A DNA stretch of 64,000 nt, from the NCBI GenBank assembly GCA_013138975.1, contig WTBR01000003.1:2446-66445 (forward strand). The letters run 5' to 3'. Numbering within the stretch: the first letter of the stretch is position 1; every line of letters begins with the position of its first letter. The stretch comes from Bacteroidales bacterium. GTDB lineage: Bacteria; Bacteroidota; Bacteroidia; Bacteroidales; UBA12077. Below the pieces are notes generated by a model, which was given only the letters and a program-made list of their open reading frames with translations, ran no database searches and had not been told where the DNA came from. The position numbers and the translations under genes are program-made. Shown here in pieces: positions 50,632 through 58,997 of the stretch.

Positions 50632-51852
50632 ATGAAGTACGAGAATTTTACACTGGAGAACGGGATACGAATTATTCATTTACATTCGAAATCGGCAGTT
50701 GGGCATTGTGGTTTAATTATTAATACCGGAGCACGCGATGAGGAAGAGCATGAGCACGGTATGGCTCATTTTATTGAACATGCAATTTTTAAAGGTACAA
50801 AAAATCGAAAAGCTTACCATATTCTTAGTCGACTAGAAGATGTTGGTGGTGAGATAAATGCATATACAAGCAAAGAAGAAACTACAATTCATACTTCATT
50901 TTTAAAAGATGATTACGAAAGAGCGATAGAAATTATTTCGGATGTAATATTCAATTCTACTTTCCCTGCGAAAGAAATTACACGCGAGAAAGAAGTTATT
51001 ATTGAAGAAATTAATTCATATAAGGATGATCCGGCTGAATTAATTTTTGATGAATTCGAAGAGTTAATTTTTAAAAATCAGCCTTTGGGAAAAAATATTT
51101 TAGGCACTCCTAAAGATTTACGCCGTTTTACCAAAAAGGATATTGAATCGTTTATCTCAAAAAATTACAATACCGATGAAATGGTTTTTTGTTCTGTGGG
51201 TGACATCTCATTTACAAAAATTAAAAAATTAACAAACAAATATTTTGGTCAAATTGAGTCAAATCCAAGGATAAATCCAAGAGACCAAACAAACCATTAT
51301 ATTCCTGAAACTAAAATCGTTAAAAAGAAGACACACCAAACACATTGTATTATTGGCAACAAAGCATATAATGCTCACGACAAGAAAAAGGTTGCAATGG
51401 TTTTATTGGATAATATGTTGGGTGGCCCCGGTTTAAATTCACGATTAAGTCTTTTACTTCGCGAAAAACATGGATATGCTTATCATGTGGAATCTAATTA
51501 TTCAGCATATTCGGATACAGGGATTTTTTCTGTTTATTTTGGTACTGATAAAGAAAATTACGAAAAATGTATAAAGCTGATAAAAAAGGAATTTGAACTA
51601 TTACGAACAAAAAAACTTGGGGTAGTGCAACTTAAAAAAGCCAAGCGTCAATTATTTGGGCAAATTGCTATTGGTTCTGAAAATAATGCCAGCTTAGTTT
51701 TAGCATTAGGTAAAAGCTTTATGCTTTTCAATAGGGTTGATGATTTAGAGAGGGTAAAAGAAAAGATTGAAGCTGTTACAGTTGAAAATATTCAGGAAAT
51801 TGCAAATGAGGTTTTAGATATTGATAAAATGTCGATGTTGGTTTATCAATAA
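50632..51852 (+). CDS. M16-family (pitrilysin/insulinase-like) zinc peptidase
   Basis: Inverted zinc motif HFIEH (GMAHFIEHAIFKGT) and a downstream E in EE.TIH... The start is placed at Met15 of the track ORF. Confidence 0.88.
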   Translation: MKYENFTLENGIRIIHLHSKSAVGHCGLIINTGARDEEEHEHGMAHFIEHAIFKGTKNRKAYHILSRLEDVGGEINAYTSKEETTIHTSFLKDDYERAIEIISDVIFNSTFPAKEITREKEVIIEEINSYKDDPAELIFDEFEELIFKNQPLGKNILGTPKDLRRFTKKDIESFISKNYNTDEMVFCSVGDISFTKIKKLTNKYFGQIESNPRINPRDQTNHYIPETKIVKKKTHQTHCIIGNKAYNAHDKKKVAMVLLDNMLGGPGLNSRLSLLLREKHGYAYHVESNYSAYSDTGIFSVYFGTDKENYEKCIKLIKKEFELLRTKKLGVVQLKKAKRQLFGQIAIGSENNASLVLALGKSFMLFNRVDDLERVKEKIEAVTVENIQEIANEVLDIDKMSMLVYQ

Positions 51853-51870
51853 CTCAAAGAAAGTATTACA

Positions 51871-51949
51871 CTCCGACAGGCTCAGGGTGACACTTTCGTA
51901 TTAATGTTTGTCATATTGAGTCTGCCTGACGGCAGTCAGGCTTGTCGAA
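51871..51949. repeat. Family-B palindromic unit
   Basis: ctccgacaggctcagggtgaca ... tgtcatattgag[tctgcctgacggcagtcag]gcttgtcgaa forms a long imperfect hairpin with a nested cctgac-ggca-gtcagg hairpin, 19 nt after the M16 stop. Confidence 0.65.
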
Positions 51950-51997
51950 TTTACCTTTTCCGAAGCAAAAATATGAACATCTTAATAAATTCTATAC

Positions 51998-52645
51998 ATG
52001 TCCGATTCCCATTTAAATATTGAAGAATATATATTAAATCACTCCGACAAGGAAGACCCAATTTTAGCTGAATTATATCGAGAAACGCATGTGAAAATTC
52101 TTAATCCCAGAATGCTTTCGGGTCATTTACAAGGTAAAGTTCTTGAAATGATTAGCAAAATGATTAATCCAGAAAAAATTCTTGAAATTGGAACTTACAC
52201 AGGATATTCTGCTATTTGCTTGGCTAAAGGATTAAAAGATACAGGCATTCTTCATACCATCGAAATTAATGATGAACTTGAGGATTTAATTTCGAAGTAT
52301 CTTCACAAATCAGGATTAGAAAATAAAGTTAAACTACATTTTGGCGATGCCCGAAAAATTATTCCTGAAATTAATGAGCAATTCGACTTGGTTTTTATTG
52401 ATGCCGATAAAAGGGAGTATCTTGAATATTACAATATCATTTTGGAATATATAAAACCCGGCGGATTTATTTTGGCTGACAATGTATTATGGAGTGGCAA
52501 AGTAATTGAGCAAGAATCACCCGAAGATTTGCATACAAAAGGCATAATTGAATTCAATGAATTTATTAAAAACGATAATCGGATTGAGAAAGTTATCTTG
52601 CCTTTAAGAGATGGTTTGACGTTGATTAGGAAAAAAAATACTTAG
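51998..52645 (+). CDS. Class I SAM-dependent O-methyltransferase (caffeoyl-CoA OMT-like)
   Basis: ILEIGTYTGYSA, FIDADK..Y, ADNVLW. The TAG stop lies inside the first bases of family-A repeat copy 4. Confidence 0.88.
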   Translation: MSDSHLNIEEYILNHSDKEDPILAELYRETHVKILNPRMLSGHLQGKVLEMISKMINPEKILEIGTYTGYSAICLAKGLKDTGILHTIEINDELEDLISKYLHKSGLENKVKLHFGDARKIIPEINEQFDLVFIDADKREYLEYYNIILEYIKPGGFILADNVLWSGKVIEQESPEDLHTKGIIEFNEFIKNDNRIEKVILPLRDGLTLIRKKNT

Positions 52646-52802
52646 TCTTTGCAAGAAAACGCCAAATACTTCGTTACTCTCGTTTTGAAAACAGTCATTC
52701 ACAAAAGTGAACTCCTTGGTTTTCAAAACTTCGAAAGCCTCGTCTTTGACGCTTTCTTATCAAAGACTTGAAAAAAGGCAGTTTTCTTGTAGGCACTACT
52801 TA
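52644..52802 (+). repeat. Family-A repeat, copy 4
   Basis: Near-identical to copies 1 and 3. It begins within the stop codon of the O-methyltransferase gene. Confidence 0.85.
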
Positions 52803-52824
52803 AGGTATTCAATACCTTGTCAAT

Positions 52825-52906
52825 CTTTGGCAAAGTTAAATTTTACAAACAGTCAAACTACTGATAATTAGCCGTATGATTAAATTACGTTAGCTTTGCC
52901 AAAGTT
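52825..52906. promoter_or_regulatory. Pair of palindromic 13-mers (CTTTGSCAAAGTT) upstream of the beta-mannosidase gene
   Basis: ctttggcaaagtt at 52825-52837 and ctttgccaaagtt at 52894-52906. Each is a near-perfect palindrome, with 69 nt between starts, 100-180 nt upstream of the ATG at 53005. Confidence 0.35.
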
Positions 52907-53004
52907 CTTAATTTCATACTAATACAAAAATGTAACGAACTATTAGTATAATGAATAATTCTATTTTCTTATATTTAGTGCTTTAATTTTAAAGCTATCC
53001 TTTA

Positions 53005-55542
53005 ATGTATAATTCTATTCGATTACTTTATTTTATTGCTTTCTCATTGGTCATTTCTTCATGTTCTTTTGAAGAAAGTTCTCATAGAATAATTAGCCTA
53101 AACAATAATTGGGAGTTTACTTCCGAAATTTACAATCAGACATATCCGGCAATTATTCCCGGTTCAATCCATACAGATTTATTTCAAAACAATCTTATAC
53201 TCGATCCATTTTCAGGAGAAAATGAAAATTATTTACAATGGATAGACACATTGATGTGGATTTACACTACTGAATTTAAAAAACCAGATGGCCTTAAATC
53301 TGATGAAGGGTTAGAGATTATTTTTAAGGGACTTGATACGTATGCTGATGTTTATTTAAATGACTCGCTCCTATTTTCGGCAAATAATATGTTTGTTCCG
53401 TGGAAGATTAAGATCGATCCTAACCAGTTAAAGATTAAAAATACCCTAAGCGTAAAGTTAAAACCTGCAATAAAAGAAGAGTTAAAACTGTATAAAAATT
53501 TATCTTTTGAACTTCCTGAAGGATCAAGAGCATATACCCGAAAAGCTGCTTATCATTATGGTTGGGATTGGGGACCCAAATATATTACATCAGGCATTTG
53601 GCAAAACGTTGAATTGCATATTTGGAATACAGCCCGAATTAAAGAACTAAATTATTCCATTCAGAACTTAGATTCATCTGTTGCTAAAGTGAATATTCAC
53701 GTAAGTCTGGAATCTGAAAAAGATTTTAAGGGAACTCTAAAATTAAATTCTACAAACCAAGAAATCAATTATTCGATTGAAGATATCACGATTAAAAAAG
53801 GTATTCATGATTATAATATTCCGGTAGAAATAAAAAAGCCTAAACTATGGTGGACACATAATTTAGGTGTACCATTCCTTTATAAATTTGAAGCACAATT
53901 AATAGAAAACAAACAGATTTTTGATTCTAAAAAAATCAATATTGGACTTAGAACAATTGAATTAATTAGAGAACCCGACGATTTTGGAGAATCCTTTTAT
54001 TTTAAATTAAACGGGATACCTGTTTTTATGAAAGGAGCAAATTATATTCCTTTAAGTTCATTTCCGGGAAATGTTAAAGATATTCAATACAATAAAATAA
54101 TTTCCGATGCAGTTAACGCTAACATGAATATGCTGCGTGTTTGGGGTGGTGGTATTTATGAAAAGGATATATTTTATGATTTATGTGACAAAGAAGGAAT
54201 TCTGATTTGGCAGGATTTTATGTTTGCTAATAATATGTTTCCGAACGACAGCATGTTTCTTGAAAATATAAAAAATGAAGCCGAGTTTCAGGTCAACAGA
54301 TTAAAAAAACATCCATCCATTGCAGTTTGGTGTGGCAACAACGAAATCGACGAAGCGTGGCATAATTGGGGATGGTCGAATTCTTATTCCAAAAAAGATT
54401 CTGCTGAATTATGGAATAATTATGTAGATATATTTCACAAAATACTTCCTGAAATCATTAAAGAAAATAGCCCTGAAATATCATATACATCATCATCTCC
54501 ATTATTTGGAAGAGGAAACTCACGAAGCTCAACCGAAGGAGATAATCATTACTGGTACGTATGGCATGATGCTTATGATTTTGATTGGTACAATAAAGTT
54601 ACTGGACGATTCATGAGCGAATTTGGTTTCCAGTCGTTTCCGAGCATTGAAACCATAGAATATTTCGATACTTCCGTAAATAAAAGCATTGATTCTGAAG
54701 TGATGCTGGTGCATCAGAAACATCATAAGGGGAACTTTCTGATAAATCATTACATGAAAGATTACTATCCTGTTCCTGAAAATTTTGAGGATTTTATTTA
54801 TATCAGTCAGCTCTTACAAGCCGAAGGGATTAGAACAGGCATTCTTGCCCAGCGCAGAGCCAAACCATTTTGCATGGGTAGTTTGTACTGGCAACTGAAT
54901 GATTGTTGGCCGGCAATTTCATGGTCGAGCATTGATTATTCAGGTAATTGGAAAGCCTTGCATTATTTCGCAAAAGATGATTTCAAAAACATAATAATTG
55001 ATCCATATCTAAACAAAGATTCTTTAGAAATCTTTATTGTTTCGGATAGTTTAAAGAATTTAGATATTGATCTTAGATTAAGTTTAATGAATTTTGAAGG
55101 AGAAATAAAACACATCAAATCTTATCAATCTGTTATACCTAAAAACTCCAGCAAATTGGTTTATAAAAAAGCTATCTCTGAGATTTTAAACCATGCCGAT
55201 CTCAACAAATACTTTTTATTTATAGAGCTAAGTCATAACAAGAAAATATTAGATTCACGACATGTATATTTTACGAAGCAAAAAGATCTTGAATTAACTA
55301 AGTTTGAAATCGACACAAAAATCAAACCCATTTCAGGTGGTTTTGAGATAAGATTAAAAACAAAATCCTTAATAAAAAACTTATACATCCAAGTTCCGAT
55401 TAAAGGGCAATGGAGTGAAAATTATTTTGATCTCTTACCAAATATTGAAAAAAGGATTACTTTTAGAACCGAAGTTGAGATAAAAAACATTACTGACAAA
55501 ATGACATATAACTCATTAAATCAAATCCTTACAAACAAATAA
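53005..55542 (+). CDS. Glycoside hydrolase family 2 protein, beta-mannosidase-like lipoprotein
   Basis: Lipobox LVISSCS, 845 aa, LWWTHNLG, NGIPVFMKGANYIP, NMLRVWGGGIYE, CGNNE (acid/base region) and SEFGFQS (nucleophile region). Confidence 0.85.
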   Translation: MYNSIRLLYFIAFSLVISSCSFEESSHRIISLNNNWEFTSEIYNQTYPAIIPGSIHTDLFQNNLILDPFSGENENYLQWIDTLMWIYTTEFKKPDGLKSDEGLEIIFKGLDTYADVYLNDSLLFSANNMFVPWKIKIDPNQLKIKNTLSVKLKPAIKEELKLYKNLSFELPEGSRAYTRKAAYHYGWDWGPKYITSGIWQNVELHIWNTARIKELNYSIQNLDSSVAKVNIHVSLESEKDFKGTLKLNSTNQEINYSIEDITIKKGIHDYNIPVEIKKPKLWWTHNLGVPFLYKFEAQLIENKQIFDSKKINIGLRTIELIREPDDFGESFYFKLNGIPVFMKGANYIPLSSFPGNVKDIQYNKIISDAVNANMNMLRVWGGGIYEKDIFYDLCDKEGILIWQDFMFANNMFPNDSMFLENIKNEAEFQVNRLKKHPSIAVWCGNNEIDEAWHNWGWSNSYSKKDSAELWNNYVDIFHKILPEIIKENSPEISYTSSSPLFGRGNSRSSTEGDNHYWYVWHDAYDFDWYNKVTGRFMSEFGFQSFPSIETIEYFDTSVNKSIDSEVMLVHQKHHKGNFLINHYMKDYYPVPENFEDFIYISQLLQAEGIRTGILAQRRAKPFCMGSLYWQLNDCWPAISWSSIDYSGNWKALHYFAKDDFKNIIIDPYLNKDSLEIFIVSDSLKNLDIDLRLSLMNFEGEIKHIKSYQSVIPKNSSKLVYKKAISEILNHADLNKYFLFIELSHNKKILDSRHVYFTKQKDLELTKFEIDTKIKPISGGFEIRLKTKSLIKNLYIQVPIKGQWSENYFDLLPNIEKRITFRTEVEIKNITDKMTYNSLNQILTNK

Positions 55543-55680
55543 TCATCTATAATTCCAAAAACATATTCGCTTATTTACTGTATTCTGGTATGATTGATTA
55601 TATCATGAAATCTAATGAATAAAAGTTTTATTTTTACATCTGAAATTTACACATTTTAATAATTCTAAATATTTTATATA

Positions 55681-56628
55681 ATGCAAAAACTTGCTATTGG
55701 TATTGATATTGGTGGAACAAATGTCTCATATGGAATTGTTACAAACGAAGGAGAAGTAATTCTAAAGAAATCATTTCCTTTTAAAAATTTTAAAACAGCA
55801 GAAATTTTTATAGATTTTCTAACAAAAGAACTAAAAAACACTTTTAAGGATTTACCAAAGGGTAGTTCTATTAAGGGTATCGGAATTGGGGCTCCAAATG
55901 GCAATTTTTATACCGGTACTATTGAGTATGCTCCAAATTTAAATTGGGAAGGAATTATTCCATTAGCAGATATGCTAAACAAGACATTAAATTACCCCGT
56001 AAAGCTAACTAATGATGCTAATGCAGCCACAATTGGAGAAATGATTTATGGAAATGCTAAAAACATAAAAAACTTTATGTTTATAACACTGGGAACGGGT
56101 GTAGGAAGTGGGTTTGTTGCAAACGGGGAAATAATATTGGGTCATGATGGATTTGCAGGAGAACTGGGGCATGCTATTTTTGATCCAAACGGACGACAAT
56201 GTAATTGTGGTAGAAAAGGATGTTTAGAAACTTATGCTTCGGCATCAGGAATTGTTAGGACTGTTTTAGAATTACTTTCAAAATCGGATGAACCTAGTGT
56301 TTTAAGAGAAATTTCTCTAGATGAAATATCAAGTAAAATGATATATGAAGCTGCATTAGAAGAAGACATAATTGCCCTTACTGCTTTTGATTATACAAGT
56401 TATGTTTTAGGAATTATGTTAGCCAACGCAGTTGCCATTACAAGCCCTGAAGCTATCTTCTTATTTGGGGGACTTGCAAATGCAGGCGATTTAATTTTTA
56501 AGCCTACAAAAAAGTACATGGAAGAATATTTATTAAATATTTATAAAAATAAAATTGACATTAAAGCTTCGGCTTTACCAGAAAATGATGCAGCCATATT
56601 GGGCGCTGCTGCATTGGTATGGGAATAA
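55681..56628 (+). CDS. ROK-family sugar kinase (glucokinase-like)
   Basis: IGIDIGGTN, LTNDANAAT.GE, GTGVGSG, and the zinc motif GHA...C.CG..GCLE. Confidence 0.88.
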   Translation: MQKLAIGIDIGGTNVSYGIVTNEGEVILKKSFPFKNFKTAEIFIDFLTKELKNTFKDLPKGSSIKGIGIGAPNGNFYTGTIEYAPNLNWEGIIPLADMLNKTLNYPVKLTNDANAATIGEMIYGNAKNIKNFMFITLGTGVGSGFVANGEIILGHDGFAGELGHAIFDPNGRQCNCGRKGCLETYASASGIVRTVLELLSKSDEPSVLREISLDEISSKMIYEAALEEDIIALTAFDYTSYVLGIMLANAVAITSPEAIFLFGGLANAGDLIFKPTKKYMEEYLLNIYKNKIDIKASALPENDAAILGAAALVWE

Positions 56629-56640
56629 AATTAAATAAAC

Positions 56641-56784
56641 TCTGTCCGTAAAGTCGGGTGTTTGATTCAGAAAGTTCGAGATTAAGGCTTGTGAAGTTTT
56701 AAAAATCAAGAGTTTAATTATGTAAATGATTGATTTTTAAAACGAGCATAACGCAGATATCGGATTTTATGGACAAACACTAAA
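56641..56784. repeat. MITE-like palindromic element (family C-a related)
   Basis: The outer inverted repeats tgtccgtaaagtcgg (56643-56657) and cggattttatggaca (56761-75) are reverse complements with 3 mismatches in 15 nt. There is an inner perfect 14-bp inverted repeat, gttttaaaaatcaa/ttgatttttaaaac (56696-56709 / 56730-56743). The right 40 nt are the reverse complement of 11895-11935. Confidence 0.7.
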
Positions 56785-56882
56785 TAGTTTCAATTTTCTT
56801 ATTGGGCATAATACTGAAAAAAGGTTTCCAACTAATTAACAATTTTACATAAATATAAAATTGATTATCGACGCTAAAGCTG

Positions 56883-57152
56883 TTACTTAACTATTTTTGA
56901 TTTCAATTTATAATTATATAAAATCCTACCTAAAAATTGCCCAGTAATAAACATTAATACAAATAACAAAAGATATAACCACTCAAACTTAATATCGCAT
57001 AAATACCTCAACCCTATTGAAATAATAACCGGAATATGAATTGATAAAAACCAGTTTAAAGAAAATCTCTTCTGACCTTTTCTCCAAAAACCAAATGGTA
57101 TATTAATTATAAAAACAATAAATGCTAAAAAAGCTATAATCATATTAAACAT
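56883..57152 (-). CDS. Hypothetical small membrane protein (3 TM)
   Basis: Track ORF with three hydrophobic helices, 10 nt downstream of the DMT gene. Confidence 0.45.
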   Translation of the reverse strand: MFNMIIAFLAFIVFIINIPFGFWRKGQKRFSLNWFLSIHIPVIISIGLRYLCDIKFEWLYLLLFVLMFITGQFLGRILYNYKLKSKIVK

Positions 57153-57161
57153 ATTTTCATA

Positions 57162-58046
57162 TCACTCTAGTTGTTTTTTTTTCTGCTTAGCAAAATGAAC
57201 GGTATAGATTCCGATAATTACAATTACACCACCAAAAATTTGCCAAATACTTAGCTCTTCACCTAACATAAAAAATGCTATTATTCCTGCCATTACAGGT
57301 TGTGCCAACAAAGTTGGAGAAATCAATGATGCAGGCAAGTATCCTTGAGCAAAGTTTATAAGAAACCAGGCACCGGCTTGAATGAATACGCCCATTATAA
57401 CAAACAAACCCCAGGCTTTTGACGAAAATCCTACAAATTCAAAGTTTTGAATTAACATAAATATTCCAAGAAAAACTGTTGTTGCCAAGCTACTAATAAA
57501 TAAAAAGGATATAGTATTTAATAGCTTTCTTCCTGATTGAGCGAAGAGCATAAAAGAAGCATAAAACACACCTGCAAAAAGTCCAAAAATTAGTCCTTTA
57601 AAAATACCATTAGGTTGAAACAAATCTTGAATAATTAAAAAAGTAACACCAACCAAGGCAACAAAAAGTCCTATCCAGAATTTAGAGTTTTGCCTTTCTT
57701 TAAAGAACAAGAAAGCACCTATTCCTACCCACAATGGTGCTAAATTTCCAACCAAGGTAGGCATTGCTGCATTTGACAGCATAATACCTGTTGCCCATAA
57801 AGCCATATCAATGGCTAAACACAATCCAGCTAAAACTGCTAAAATAATTCCCTTTGTTTTTAAAGCTTCTTTACTTTTAATTCTTGAAAGAACAAATGGT
57901 ATAAGCAGTGTAATAGTCCCAAAAAACAATCGATAAAAGACGGTTGTTGTACCTGGAGCACCTGCATCCTTAATTAATACAGGAGAAAAAGAAATTAACA
58001 GGGCTCCCATTAACAAAAAGATGTATGATTTTTTAATATTATCCAT
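57162..58046 (-). CDS. DMT-superfamily (EamA-like) transporter
   Basis: About 10 TM helices with two EamA-type halves, 294 aa. Confidence 0.85.
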   Translation of the reverse strand: MDNIKKSYIFLLMGALLISFSPVLIKDAGAPGTTTVFYRLFFGTITLLIPFVLSRIKSKEALKTKGIILAVLAGLCLAIDMALWATGIMLSNAAMPTLVGNLAPLWVGIGAFLFFKERQNSKFWIGLFVALVGVTFLIIQDLFQPNGIFKGLIFGLFAGVFYASFMLFAQSGRKLLNTISFLFISSLATTVFLGIFMLIQNFEFVGFSSKAWGLFVIMGVFIQAGAWFLINFAQGYLPASLISPTLLAQPVMAGIIAFFMLGEELSIWQIFGGVIVIIGIYTVHFAKQKKKQLE

Positions 58047-58138
58047 AAAATAGTAATCGTATATTATAATTAATTACAAAGAAATTAAAATTAGATGAAA
58101 TATTGGATTATGCCTAAAACTTTCTACAATTTAAAAAT

Positions 58139-58265
58139 GAACTACCCCGCCGGTATCAGCTGTGTAATTATTCTTAAATCGCTCCAAGAGGTGAGGAATA
58201 AGACCCAATAGATCCCTCGACTGTACTTTGACAAGCTCAGTGGAACCCGCTCGGGATCAGTTCGA
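58139..58265 (+). repeat. Family-C-b repeat copy with an embedded family-B motif
   Basis: Alignable with 11953-12071. It contains ctttgacaagctcagtggaac (58226-58246) inserted in the terminal gatccc.../...gggatc stem. Confidence 0.7.
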
Positions 58266-58736
58266 TTAATTAAAAGAAATTATTTCCAAAATTAGAATTG
58301 CTATGAGCTTTAAATCTTCATTAAATTACGTTTAAAGAATTGATTAGAATGAGCTATAGGTAAAATGAAAAAAATAAGAAGCAAATAAGCCAATAATTTT
58401 TCATCCACGTAATTATCTGGAGCATCTGTCGACCAAAAATAATCTCTATAAGAATTATACAAAATAAAATAGATCTCCAACTTAATTAATAGAATAAATC
58501 GTCAAATATTCAATAAGAATGCAGTTACACATAAAAATACAGATATAATTCCTAAACAATCTTCTAAATTTTGAGATACAGATTTTACAATTAGCAATTT
58601 ATCAAAAAAATGGATGTTTAATATCTATCACTCCTAAACAAATGTCGGAATTATTCTAAATTCGAGTTTAAGCACCATCCCCAAACTTACTACTCACTGG
58701 GGTATTCAACCAATATATCAAATATCTTCGATTGTT

Positions 58737-58777
58737 CACTGTTGAATTTTTCGGCAGTGTCGAATATTTCAACAGTG
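58737..58777. promoter_or_regulatory. 41-bp palindrome (operator-like) in the leader of the 58998 operon
   Basis: cactgttgaa-N21-ttcaacagtg has perfect 10-bp arms. The left arm plus 10 more nt (gttgaatttttcggca) is repeated directly at 58829-58844. Confidence 0.45.
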
Positions 58778-58997
58778 GTCGTAAACGATTGCTTTTCACA
58801 ACACTTACAACATTATCAAAAATTTAGTGTTGAATTTTTCGGCAATAAATGCTTTTACCTTGAAAATCATCAATTCCGTATAGTCTTGTATTTCAGTATT
58901 TTATACTCGTTTTTTTGGCTTTGGCACACCGTTTGATTTAGGCAAGATTGTACAGCACATTAATGAACCAAGTACATAATTTAAAATAAATATAGAC

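Noticed and set aside
58290-58500. A minus-strand open stretch (...YFILYNSYRDYFWSTDAPDNYVDEKLLAYLLLIFFILPIAHSNQFFKRNLMKI*) in the long leader, possibly a gene fragment.
   Set aside because: It spans only ~60 codons stop to stop with no ATG (TTG at best) and shows no recognisable family. It could be a decayed remnant, but I cannot support a call.
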